Of a stretch of DNA of 64,000 nucleotides, positions 1 to 14,930 are shown in pieces (positions within the stretch are counted from its first letter, which is position 1; each line of letters opens with the position of its first letter). Under the pieces are notes generated by a model. That model worked only from the letters and a program-made list of their open reading frames with translations, did not search any database and had not been told where the DNA came from. A program made the translations under genes and the position numbers. Source of the stretch: the human T2T-CHM13v2.0 reference genome, Homo sapiens. The stretch lies in assembly GCF_009914755.1 (NCBI RefSeq), contig NC_060926.1, one strand, 5' to 3'.

Positions 1-2517
1 ATTTTCTGTTTTTTTTTTTTTTCCTTAACATCAGGCGTACATTGAGATTTCTTTCAGTCAGTCCTGACTTATAGCCCCTTTGTGGTTATGACTCATCCCA
101 AACACTTTCAAACTGAACTGCAGCAAAATCAATAAATCAACGTAATTAAACCACTATCATAAAGAATATTACTCAACAGTATAAGAACTGTAACTACTCG
201 CCCTAACATGTGTTTCTTTCTATTTCCTATCAGTCTAACTTAGAGAGCTGAGTGCAGACTCCTGGGTCTCATCCTGAAGTTTTTGACTTCATAGATGGTT
301 GTTGATATTATTGTTGTTACTGTTGTTGTGTGTGTGTTGGGGAGGGGTAGTGTGTGTGCATCATGGATCTGTTTGTTTAAGCAGCACTGAAATTGATTAT
401 AATATAGATAGTAGAAGGGCCACACATTAACATTAACCCCAGCTGTAGGTACCCTGGGAAGCTACTGTATGGCAGCTGTGGGTATGATCCAAATCCCTCA
501 GCTCTCTAGTTAGACTGATACAATTCTCAAGTGAACAGTTTCAGAAAATATCTTGATAGAATCTCAAGATGTACTTGAGCAACTGGTACACAGTAATGAT
601 GGCTGTGACTTAAGACTCTCTAGGGGCCAATCGTAGAGCTGCAAAAAATGCTTAAATCCAGGAAGGAAAACACAAAAGGAAACAAAACAAAAAAAAAAAG
701 CGTTGGTGAGGAGTTTGCAAATGATCATGTGAGGCAGATAAACAGTTTCTCTCAATTTTTAAAAATCAACATATATTGAGCCTAGGCGGGCCAAAACAGA
801 GATACTCCATTTTGAATCATGACAGGAATAGAAGGGCATGCGAAATTTCTCCAGCTTTTCTACCTTTCAGATTTTAAAAGTTGATTCACTTAAGCTGTTA
901 ATACAGTAGAAACAATCTACATGTATCTGGCATACTGAATTTTCTTCACCCAGATAATAGTGAATTCAATTTTGTCTTTCACGGCACACAGTTTAGAATT
1001 TCTCTGTCTGTACCTATTTTCCACTTGTCTCAGGATCTCAACTAAAAGTCATTTTGAACAATTATATAATGTAGATTCCAAACTTTTATAAAACTGCTTC
1101 AACACACCATTTTTAGGTGGTTTTCATTCTACCTTAAAACTAAGTTGCTACAGTTTAAAAGTGCACAAGGGCAGAGTGACAGCCCTATATACTATGGAAA
1201 GAATGAAACAGACAATGATAATAGCTTCTTTCAGCTAGAAAGCTGTACAATAGACTGTTCTTCTTTAGACATTACTGAAGGTAGACTGAAAAATATCACC
1301 TAAGTGAATTTTTGGTTTCTTAGCTTCACTGGACTTGATGAATTGACAAAAGCCCCAGATAATGGCTGATACGGAGAAAGAGTGGGAAAGTATGTCCGTA
1401 GATGGAAAGCATGACCCTGAATCAAAACTGTGAATGAGCCTGTGGGGACAGCTGGACACAGGAGAATGTTTTGCCCTCATTAGTGAGCAATTTCTTCTTT
1501 TGGACTGAACATACAGTCTATCTCCTTCTCAGCCTTAAGGGATTTCTAGAAAAAAAAAAAGGGTTAGTAATTGTGTGGTCTTCTCCATTACAAAGATGCT
1601 GATATTTCAAATTCAAAGGGTTACAATAAATGAGAGCTTGGGAGAGTGTATGCAAACCTGTTAGTAGAAAGGTAGAGCATTGCTTATGCCCTTGGTCTTG
1701 TCAGTTGTATCTACAACACGTAAGTAGTAAAGGGGTTGCTAAGCAACTTCTAACTTTTAACATTAAGTGTGCTCAGGGACTGCATACTGCAAAGGCACAG
1801 TATTGCCCATTGGTAGAAGAGGATGCCCTAAGTAAGATGAAGTGGAAGGTATCTCTTTATTGTCCTTTCAGTTTGTTGTTTGTGGAACAGGAAGCAAAAG
1901 AGAGATTCATGTTTTGGTTTGTTCTGGAAACTTATAGAACTCAAGAGTAGTAGAATGACTAAAATTATTTTTGTCATTCCTACATCTTGTTTTTCTTCAT
2001 AACTATTATTTAGATTCTGCTCTCTCATCAGGAAGATTCCTTTTTTTCTTCTTTTCCTGAAATCAATCCCTGAGCCTCCATGGTGGCTGTGGAGGGACCT
2101 TTCACATAGCAACACCTTGATTCTTGTACACTGGGAATCTCCTTGCCCTTGGAAAGGCACTGTGACTCCTTAGTATTTTATTTCAAAAGAAGCTACCTTA
2201 TACCTCAGGGGAGAACGATTTGAGACATTTAAACACCAGCAACAACAGAACCTGACACACAAATAAAATATTCTTCCTAAGCCCAAAGGATACAAAAATG
2301 TGTTCAGTATATTTAAGCTAACTAACTAAAGTTATCCTGCCTTGTTTTCTGAAGCTTTAGGCTCAACCCATTGAAGTGCTGACTTTTAGGGCTGTAGTAG
2401 CTGTCATCTCAGCAGCTGCTGCAGAGAAACCTGTACCAGCCCTCCTTAAAATCTACACTCAAAAAAGTAAGGCCCAAAGAGAGAAGACACTTACTCTCCA
2501 GTGTGCCCCAGGCTTAC

Positions 2518-2578
2518 CTTGTGAATTCTGATTATTGTTTTAGGATTACACTTTTTTCTTGAATAACTGACAGGGGAT
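2518..2578 (-). other. Candidate 61-nt exon (alternative donor at 2495)
   Basis: Minus strand reads tcatcatttcag|ATCC...CAAG|gtaagc. A second donor AGA|gtaagt lies 23 nt further on. Motif evidence only. Confidence 0.25.
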
Positions 2579-3689
2579 CTGAAATGATGAATATATTACA
2601 TGGAGATCCTGGGTCCCAATTCCCAGGAAAGTGATCTACCTGCTACCTCAACAAGCCAACCATATCAGAATGCAATACAACATTCCTAAGGCAAGTATGT
2701 GCATGTGCTAGGAGTTTAGTGGATTAAACATTCCTTTTCTCTGCATGAGAATTTCTCATTAATACTTCTTTATGGATAGAAGGCAAGAACAGAATCAATA
2801 AACAGCGCAAAATCAAGGCACCACCCTAGAGTTCTGTCTTTCCTTTATCCTTATAGCCACTTTTCTATATCTACATTCACTACAAAATCAGCCCCTCGAT
2901 ATCCAATACAGGCCATGTAAGGTATTCCAAAAATTAAAACTCAATTGCGAGAGACACTGAAGGACAAAGAATTTTCCACAGTGCTTCCTGAGCCTTTCTC
3001 CCATGCCCTTGTATATAATCTCAACTCCTAACTGCTTTAGTTCAACACTGTTGACAAAAGTCTTATTGCCTAAACAATAACGGATCTGCACAATCCCTTT
3101 CTTTTCGAGAAATATCTATGACAAACATCAACTTCAGCTCACCCCTCCTGTTAAACCTCCTTAAAACACTCTGCCCTCCTGCTCCAAGTATGAATGTTCA
3201 TTTGGAGCCTTCTCATGCCTGGCATTTTCAATAAAAGCTTATGTTAATAGGGCTTGATTGATTTTCTTCCACACAATTTATAAAATACACGCTTAACATT
3301 TTACTCTCTTAGAATCAACATCATGATGACTTTGCAAATCTTCAATGTCACACTCTGTATTATTCTCAAATAATATTGTGAGTCCCCTGTTTTCAAATGT
3401 ATACTTGGCCTCTTTTCAAACATATATGTTAGCTTCCTTTTAAAATAGCCTTTTAGAGTTCATTTGCTAGCCAGTACCAGATGCTCTAAAATTGGGGACT
3501 GCAAAGTAATTTCAGAAGGAGTGAAATTTGGTGTCCTACCCAGATTTCTAAAAGAGAAGCTGGAAAAATCATGTGTTAATGAGAGTCATGTGGTAGATGC
3601 CCAATTCTTGGCTAGAGGAAGTCATTTTTTCCTGTATGCAGATCCCCAGCAAATACTACAATACATTTTCAAATAAATAGTATATGGGT

Positions 3690-4310
3690 CTGTTTCCCCA
3701 TAACCACCATTGCTGACTACCTAATCTGACACCATTGTTAACTGGAAATACAACTATTTCCTTCTAATTGCTATCCCTATGTCCTTATTAGCCTCAAACA
3801 ATCTATTCTTTTCATAGAAGCCAGAGCATTCTTTCAAAAATGTAAGCAGAATGTGCCACTCTTCTGCTTAAACTCCCAAGACTTTACTCCACAGTGCCGT
3901 TTTTGATTTCTGAAAACACCTTGTTCTCTCCTTGCCCTTGTTGCTTCCTTGGTGTCCTTGCTCTCACCTCCTCCCAAGATTGTCTTTTTCTCATCATTTA
4001 GGTCTCTGCTTAAAAAGTCTCTTTTTAAGAGATGCTTCTTAGAACACAGAATCTAAGCTCTACCTCTCCCATCAATACTCTTCATCACATTGTCCTGTTC
4101 TATTTATTGAGCTTACGTTTTGGAGTACTTAATAATATTTTAATTTATTCTATTCATTTTTACTTGTTTGCTAGTTTTCTGGACCACACCAATCATTTAT
4201 GCTACACAGAGCAAGGAACTTATTTGTCTTGTCAACAGTGGTAACTTCAGTTATGTAGAATAGACTTGACATATAGCCATATAGTGGGTACTCAGTATAA
4301 TTTCTGTTTA
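3690..4310 (+). mobile_element. L2 LINE fragments (3' region)
   Basis: Degenerate L2 motifs (aatctattctt..agaagccagag..ctttcaaaaatgtaag; atagtgggtactcagt 3' end). Boundaries approximate. Confidence 0.65.
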
Positions 4311-4519
4311 TTTTTAATTTTTTTATGTGTAGTTTTTACTTTGCGATAAGAATATATGGAATTTCTCTTCTCTGAAACTCCCTTATTCTGTAACTTCAGC
4401 TTTTTATGTTCTTATTTGTTATTTTCTTCCTGTTGATAGAATTTTGTCCACGTTTGTGTTTCTTATAATTTAAGCTTTTTTTATAATTATAGATTCTATT
4501 TTACTTTTATTTGCTTATT

Positions 4520-4574
4520 TTCATTATTATTATAATAAATATTAACTACTTATGTAGAGCTTATAATATACTAG
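4520..4574 (-). mobile_element. MIR, left part (split by the THE1 insertion)
   Basis: aataaatattaactacttatgtagagcttataatatactagg resembles the MIR 3' end and continues after the THE1 at 7095. Confidence 0.55.
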
Positions 4575-4579
4575 GAAGT

Positions 4580-7089
<2,510 letters not shown>

Positions 7090-7094
7090 GAAGT

Positions 7095-7297
7095 ATTCTA
7101 AACACTTCACAAATATTAGCTTATTTATTAACATCCTCTTGTGTTAGTGCATAGATACTATTATTGTCCTTATTTTACATACAGAGAAACTGAGGCACAA
7201 AGAGGATAGTTAAGGTTCATAATCACATAGCAAATAGAAGAGTCAGGATTTAAACTCAAATCTGGGTAATCTGGAATCCAGAATACAAACTCTTAAA
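7095..7297 (-). mobile_element. MIR, right part
   Basis: MIR core: ctattattgtccttattttacatacagagaaactgaggcacaaagagg...ggatttaaactcaaatctg. Confidence 0.85.
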
Positions 7298-8392
7298 TGA
7301 ATACATAAATCGAAACCCCAAAATGATATATATTTAAAATATTTTCTCACATATGATTCAATATTTTCCTTTTCAACCATGCTCTTCTGAGAATTTTTAT
7401 GTTTTAAACAAAGGACATTCGTTTCTTAAGGGGTAAAAATATGGCTTAGAATAAAATGGACCTTAGAATGGGCTAGGATCCATTCTTTAATCTGGACCCT
7501 AACACTTTGGGAATCTAAGGAATTACAATAATTTCGAACCTAAGCCTTTAAGAAATAAGATGTTTTCTAAATTCTCAAGCTCATTTTTACTAAATCACAT
7601 ACTAAAGAGATGTTCCCTGTGCTATGGTGGAAATTGGTTGAGAAATATGACCTAGGAATATTATCATTCCAAAAGTAAAGCTTCCAGAAAATTTTATTTT
7701 GGTAGATGAGGATTAGAGGAACAAGAAGAAAATCATAACATTAGGGCCAATGCCAATTGCAAAGTCCTGTATTCAATGCAGCATTCTGAGGTATAGAGGG
7801 GTAAGAGCTAAGGAAGATGTATAAGTTGTTGAGCTGGAGAGTAGCCCCCAGAACCTGCAGACATCATCATGATGCACAAAAACAAGCGGAGAGATTCTAG
7901 ACTTCTGGGGATCATGGAATATTTGAAGAAAACCGGGAGACTAGAAGGGTCTGGAATCACAATAGAGGGATTGCGACTGGACATTTTGGTGCTTGTCTAT
8001 GGCAGGTGGGAACAAGCTGCTCACAAGAAACAGGCAAGACCAGCTAAGCTTCAGTGGAAATCAAAGTTGAACACCAAGAGTAGAGGTCAGAGCAGACCTT
8101 AATCCTGTGGAGACTCGTTAAGTCCAGAGGACAGCAGTTGTACCAAATGTGTCTCTAGCCAATCACATTGACACAAACATCCTTTGGCATCCAGGTTCAA
8201 GGAGGACAAAAGATGAGCTTTATAGAAAGAGGAATACCTAATAGGATGGGAATGTTGGCTTTGTTTTTTGTTTTTGTTCTTTATTGTATGAACAGTTTGA
8301 GTTAAAAAAAAAGATTAAATTTTAACTTGGGCAAGCTGACAATAATAGAAACTCAAGAGAATTTGAAATTTTCCTGTAATAAATAAAGAGGA

Positions 8393-8443
8393 ATATATAT
8401 ATATACACACACACACACACGCATATATATATATGCACACACA
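8393..8443. repeat. Compound (TA)n/(CA)n microsatellite
   Basis: Read directly. Confidence 0.9.
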
Positions 8444-8905
8444 AGATGAAGTGTGGGCACATTTGCAATTCTGTTATCTAAGAGAAGAAAGACTAAGAAG
8501 CACAGAGGATTGTGAGTAAAAAGAGGAAGCAATCATCAAGGCTTCCTTTTATATTATATTGAAGGAAATGCTGAGTAACTTTAGACACAGTGCAAAATAT
8601 TCTAGCAATTTAAAAAGATCAATATGAAGATAGAGTCATGCATGTAAAATTTGCTGAGATATATTGGCTATATGACCAAATTTCATTCCCATGTGAAAGA
8701 ATATATTTGGAAAGCAATGAAAGTCTATACACAGAAATAGCCATTTCCATTCACTGGAGGACCAAGGAAAAATTAATTACAAGGTCTGAGAAAGTGTTAA
8801 TCTGCCATAGTGCTTTTGCTGTCTATAAAAATGGCAACATAGGTTTGTTACTAACTTGTACATTTGGCTGACATATTATCGAATAATTTTGCAAGTAAAT
8901 CTCAC

Positions 8906-8918
8906 CATTCAAGTCTCT
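8906..8918 (-). other. Candidate 13-nt microexon
   Basis: Minus strand reads ttcctttattctttccctttag|AGAGACTTGAATG|gtgaga. Motif evidence only. Confidence 0.2.
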
Positions 8919-10224
8919 CTAAAGGGAAAGAATAAAGGAAGGTATTTATAGTCTTCTTGCAATGGTTCGGTGGAAAAGAAAAGGCTACATGTCTTCCATT
9001 CGGCTTTAGAGAGAGAGTTCTGTGAATAGAAAATTGGCTCTTTTCCTAATTACTCTCCTGGAATCAGCTGCTGAGTACAACTCCATAATCTACACCATCC
9101 AACAAAAGACATGGCAAAGGTTAAGTGATTTTGTCCTATATCCAAGATAGCTTTCATATAGCTTCATTGTTCCTTCAATGAATTGAGTCATTCACTGAAA
9201 ATGCACACTTTTACTGTGTTCCAGATTTATTATCTAAGGTATTAATCTCCACTTCACCAAACTGAAATACAGAAGGAAAATGTAAACCACACCAAAGTGA
9301 ACAACTGTAGCATCCTGTTGTTTAACCAATCGCTTATGTTTGGCCAGAGGCATCAATGAAAGAGACAATGAAAAAAGAGAATAAGTAAAAACTTCAAATG
9401 TTGTGTGGTATTAGCATATATTATTCTCATCCCAAATGGCAATCTTTACCTTTAAGTCCCAATAACTAAAGGAAAATTACTTGAACTGGTGGTACACACA
9501 TTTAGGTTTACATCTTAAGTGAAAGCTGATATGTAAAACCTCTAACCTTTATTTCTCTGATAATTGTAATATGTATTTTTTTAAATAAATTCAAGCCAAA
9601 TTCCTAAAAGCAGAATCATGGAGATATCACAGAATGTATGGTTCAGATTCTTCAACATGTTTAAAATAATTTAGTTTTATTCAAAAGCCAGCATAACTGT
9701 AGATAGTCTGATTTCACCACTGATATGATATTGATCAAGCTTTTTGAATAAGGTTGCTGGCATTGTCACCACAGAACAAATAACGTAGGGGCTGACAGGA
9801 TTAAATTCACTAAATGTTGTCAATGCAATTCCTGACAGCTGTATAATTGAATAACATCTGGATACCAGACTATACTCTTGTCTTTCTTGTTGAGGTGTGT
9901 TTGCCATATAGCTCATCCTTTTACCAGTAGTCCAATCATGTACATCAACTCAGCGAATTTATTGCTTCTGCCTGGGACACAGTGATTTCCAAATGTACCA
10001 TTTTTATAATTGTTTTCTAGGCCTGAAGGCATGACGAGGCGCCGGCAATGCCTTTCTAGTAGCTTATTACTTTTTCCTTGTAGGATTCACTGTTTCTGAC
10101 TGGGTTAGCACTTTCTGTCTAACACTTTACTGTATCATACAGTATGCTAGGTCTCAAGCCATATTGGAGCCAACAAGAAAAAAAAGAAAAGAAAAAAAAA
10201 ACGATGAAATGCAGCTAAACAGTT

Positions 10225-10262
10225 TTACTGACTGACATCTTCTTGTCTCTTTTCATTCACAG
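10225..10262 (+). promoter_or_regulatory. Candidate strong 3' splice site
   Basis: Branch-like ctgactgac followed by atcttcttgtctcttttcattcacag. Confidence 0.3.
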
Positions 10263-11227
10263 AGTGTGAACCCCTGGAGTTTTACAATCATTTGAAATTC
10301 AAAGGCAAATGCTGAGAGCACACCATCATGAGAATTGGCACCAATGAAAAAGTTTGTCAAAATCACTCTGGCACTAAACCACTGAATGTTTTCAACACAA
10401 ATGGAAAGCTGACATCATTTATAGACAACTCATGGACCAACACAAAGGAAAAAATGTCAGATCCAGTGAATTTCTTTTCTTGTAATTACTGTATGATTTC
10501 AACATTGGCGTCTGTAAGAAATACTATTTTCCTCTGAAGTGTTTTCTGTAGCATTATTTTGTTTACCATGGGAGGTTTGTCTTCTCCCATTTTCCTTAGA
10601 AGTTGAACACACATTTTCAAAGCCTGCTAGTGATTTTGAATTTCAAAAGCGATTACAAGCATGATTCATGCAATATGACTCATCCCTCTCAAATGCTCTA
10701 ATTGTATAAACTATATCCTTCAAAGCGTCTTATGGACACATTAAATATTAGTAAACACATTTTCAAGTGCCAAAAGGTATGGTTCCTTCACACTTGCTGA
10801 TAAGACTGTAATTGATCCTCTAATTTCCATGTATGATTCAAAATAAAGCTAAGACTGTGGTAAGTCTCGCATTTTTAACATTAAACTTGAACACACCAGT
10901 TCTGCCACTGCAGTAGCCACATCTTGATTCTTAACAGCAGTCACCTTCACCTCCATAATTTCCCTTTTGTTGCTTCAAATTATTTGTTGTACTAAGCACA
11001 CTTTCTCTACCAATAAATTCATGCCTCTTATTACAGTGTAAGTTTCCATCTCTTAGTAATTTGAAGAATAAACGGTCATTTTCCAAACCATCTAAAGAAG
11101 ACCTCTTCAAGTCACTATCATATTATATTACTCACTTTTATTTTGCTCAGGACAGTGTACCGACAGTCTTCCATCATTAAACTTAAAATTTCATCAGGGC
11201 AGGACCCTTTTTTTAAAAAAAAAAAAG

Positions 11228-11737
11228 TTGATTTAACTTTATTTTTAAATTCATAAGAAATAATTGAATATATTTATAGTATACAGCATGATATTTTGAT
11301 ATATGTATATGTTTTGGAATTGTTAATTCAAGCTATTTAACATGTGCATTATCTCATAGAAGTATCTATTTTTGTGGTGAGAACACTTAAAATTTACTCT
11401 CTAAGCAATTCTCAAATATACAATATATTGTCATTAACTGTAGTCAACAAGATGTGCAATCGTTTTTTGGAATGTATTTATTGTGTGTAACTGAATATTT
11501 GTGTTGTTTGATTAATATCCTCCCATTCCTTCCATCCCCTAGCCTTTAATGACTACTATTTTACTTTCTGTTTCTATGAGTTTGATTTTTTTTACATTCC
11601 ATATGTAAATGAGATTATGCAATATTTGTTTTTCTGTGCCTGGCTTCTTTCACTTAGCATAATGTCTTCCTGGTTGATCCATGTTTTTTCATATGACAGA
11701 ACTTCCTTCTTTTTTAAGGCAGAATAGAATTGTATTG

Positions 11738-11793
<56 letters not shown>

Positions 11794-11905
11794 CTTTAAC
11801 CATTCATCTGTTGATAGACACTTAGTTGATTCCATTCCCTGGCTATTGTGAACAATGCTGCAATGAACATGGGAATGAAGATATCTCTTTGACATTCTGA
11901 TTTCA
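11228..11905 (-). mobile_element. L1MA (MA8/9-like) 3' fragment
   Basis: tttgtggtgagaacacttaaaatttactct, ctgtgcctggcttctttcacttagcataatgtc, ggctattgtgaacaatgctgcaatgaacatggga. Confidence 0.9.
11741..11791. repeat. (CA)25 microsatellite
   Basis: Perfect run inside the L1. Confidence 0.98.
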
Positions 11906-12311
11906 TATGAAACAGAACTCTTTTGTATCATGTTCAAAACTGTATCTGCCTTCTTTTCTCTGCCCAGGATGTAAAAAAAGTGGCTGATACTTAGATGATA
12001 CTTGGAGAATATTTGTTAAATGAATAAATAAATAATGAATCCACTGTTGAGAATGAGATTAGTCAACTAAAGTCTTATCCACAGACAATGTTCTGAGTTG
12101 AGACTGATTGTGGTTAGGGGCCATGGAAGGTGATTTTACTTCACCATTCTTAACAGCATAGCCATATGAAAGGCAACATTCAAATAAACTTGACATCAGT
12201 ATGATTTTGGGGACTTTCTCTAACATTATTCATCCATATAGGAGACAGGAGATATTAAAGGTAATGACCAATTTTTGATCAGACAGTCAGAAGTACTATG
12301 AGTAGCCCACA

Positions 12312-12629
12312 AGAGCCGTATCTAGAAAGAATATAATGCAAGTCCCAAATATGAGGCACAAGTATAATTTAAATTTTTTAGTAATCATGTCTTAGTAAAA
12401 AGAAAGAGATAAAAATAGTTTTAACACAGTTTAGCCCAATATTTTCAAAAATATAATTTCAACATGTAATCACATATAATACTATCAATGAGATCATTTA
12501 CATTCTTGTTTTCACACTAAATTTCTAAAAATTAGAGTGTATTTGTACTCATATCTTAATTCAGACTAGTTGCATTTATGTACTCAATAGCTACATGCGT
12601 GAGTGGCTATCACATTGGATAGAATACAG
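12312..12629 (+). mobile_element. MER33 (hAT-Charlie DNA transposon)
   Basis: tttcaacatgtaatcacatat..aatgagatcatttacattctt..aattcagactag..ctcaatagctacatgcgtgagtggctatcacattggatag matches MER33. Confidence 0.85.
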
Positions 12630-12774
12630 CTGGGATAGGGACTTATTATTGGGATTAGATTTTACACCATTATTGGAACTGGTAGAGAAAACCATGCAAG
12701 ATTTTAACTGCATGCTTATTGTTGAGCTTGATGTCTCTAAAGTCAGCCACCAGACTGGCAACTAGGAAGAAGCA

Positions 12775-12776
<2 letters not shown>

Positions 12777-12825
<49 letters not shown>
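12777..12825. repeat. (TG)24 microsatellite
   Basis: Perfect run. Confidence 0.98.
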
Positions 12826-12828
<3 letters not shown>

Positions 12829-12971
12829 ATGAAGAAAATGTGAAATACATGAGAACAAACTGAAACATACATATGATTTCTAGCATAGCCAGCCTAGAAG
12901 CCATAACTTGCAGGAGAGGTCAGTATCCTTTGCCATGGATGAGGCATTCATCCATGTGGTTGAGATGTTAA

Positions 12972-13125
12972 CTCTTTATAGTTAACATTATCTTATTGGG
13001 GTAAATATATAACTCTTAAAAATTTCAATATTTTATCTGAGTCGTTTCTCCCTTTACACAGGATTTTGTTTCCAGTTCTTCTGTCCAAGAGATTGTGTAA
13101 ATTTACTGGGGAGATTTTTATCGCT
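12972..13125 (-). repeat. 154-bp inverted repeat, left arm (probably the derived copy)
   Basis: Reverse complement of 14931-15084 with 3 mismatches by manual alignment. Confidence 0.97.
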
Positions 13126-13213
13126 CTTAACCATTCACGTGGTTGAGACCTCAGAACTGCCAAAGGAAGAGAACTGGTGTAAGGTAAGGAAGATACCACC
13201 CCACATTTACAAG
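13062..13213 (+). other. Candidate exon created by the inverted duplication (donors after 13183 or 13213)
   Basis: tttctccctttacacag|G acceptor inside the inserted arm. Donors AAG|gtaagg and AAG|gtaagt in the flanking LTR33. Confidence 0.3.
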
Positions 13214-14930
13214 GTAAGTTAACAGATCAGTGACAGCACGTGCCAGATGCCAGCATTTGAAGCCTGCATCAAACTTTAGAGCATAAAAATATGGCATATT
13301 CCTTTACTCCTACCTTTCAAATCTCACGCAAAATGTTGTCTGTGGCCAATGCAAACCTGAAACCATACAGGGAATGAATTCTGAAAAATGTAGTTTAATT
13401 TTAATTAAATTGAGAGAATATAAATGCACCATAGGCAAGCAGGGAAGCTTACTCAAGTATTTCTAGGTCCTGTCAAAACTGGAATAATTCGTTAGAAATA
13501 ATTATTATTTTCAAATAACATTATTATTTCCAAGAATAATCATTTTTTTTTGGAAATCAGTATTATAACACAGAGGTTTGAAACGGATGTTCTAGTAAAA
13601 CCTCTTGTAGTGCATAATCAGCTTTGACAATGAGAAATTAATGCCTAACAAGCGTGTATTTGTAAACTCCTCCCTTCCACTTTTCATCTTCTCCTGTTTC
13701 TTTAACTCAAAACTAAAGACACAAACATAAAATCATTTAACTGCAGAGATACTGAAGATTACAGAGAATCACCTGCAGAGCCTGGGCAGGATTGATGAGT
13801 GCTGATCTCATTGCACGTTAAAGTTCTAATGTTACTTGTTAAAGTAAAAGTATCATAGGCTTTTAGAACTAGAAATCCCTTTTCAAATTATCAGGTTGAA
13901 CCTCTAGATATGGAACTGGGACCCAGAAGCATGAATTGAGTGACCCCCAAACTCTGTGATTATGCAGCAATTCAGCAAAACTAGGCCTCTGGTGTTCAAC
14001 TAACACACAATATAACTGAAATAAGGTAAGAAAAGCAGACAAGATTACCAACTCAAACAAGGATTGCTTTGCTGGTTAAGCCTAAGCCACCACGGATATA
14101 TAATACCAATTTGTAATTACTACCTAAAATACTATTAATAACATACCTGGAAATGGGCAAACGATGTATTAAGTGACTGTAGGCCTATGGCACATCCTAC
14201 CAAGGAAAATACAGATGTTCAAGAGGTATAATTTTATTTGTGACAGAATTATATAGAATATAGCATGAACAACAGGATGAGTGCATGCATAATAGCATGA
14301 ATGAATGGATAACCTTCTCTCCACTTTACTTTATTCTCATTTTTCTTTTTTTCCTTCAGCTTTCCCATTGAGATAGATCATTACACAAAGATCTTCAATC
14401 ACCCAGCTTTGGGCTGAATCAGGAGGGAAAGGTATAACCACTGAAGCACTTGAGGTAGAAGCAAAGAGCAGGAGAAGGCATGTGCCTTGATTCCAGTTTG
14501 TTTTTCTGCTGCTGTCAGTTGGCTGCATAGAGCAGATGTGGTGCTGTGATATGTTTTGGCAAAGGCAGGGACGGAGAAAGTGATTGTCATTCTCCCTCAG
14601 CTCGCAGGCAATAGAGAATGGATATTACTGTGGAGCAACTTTACCCCTGAGATTACCACTGTGAGGGAAAATCGCCTTGTAATGAGCATTGGATGGAAAA
14701 CTGGTAGTCAAATGGAAGTTGCAGCCAAGCCTGAGAGAGTCTGAAACACTGTTAAAAAAAAAAAAAAGTGAAGTGAGTAGTACTATCTGTATCAATGGGG
14801 AGATATCCTAGATCTTCCAAAACAATTGACAGCCTAGGCTGAGAGAACAGGATACGAGTTACAATAGTCTTTGGCTTGTCTTCAGTGGAAGCAACAAGGG
14901 CAGAAATCAATGCCAGCTCCTAAAGAAAAC

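Larger units (their letters stand above)
11100..12040 (+). mobile_element. L2 3' end, interrupted by the L1 at 11228-11905
   Basis: catcagggcaggacc on the left. On the right, atttgttaaatgaataaataaataatgaat is the typical L2 tail. Confidence 0.55.
12630..13432 (-). mobile_element. LTR33-like ERVL LTR, interrupted by a (TG)n and a templated insertion
   Basis: tcaaatctcacgcaaaatg..tgtggccaa..aaccatacagggaatgaattctgaaaaatgtagtt is the reverse complement of the LTR33 5' end. Left boundary approximate. Confidence 0.65.

Noticed and set aside
240-2160. Short ORFs in unique sequence near the window start
   Set aside because: No recognisable domain or splice support. One runs through a GT-rich low-complexity tract.
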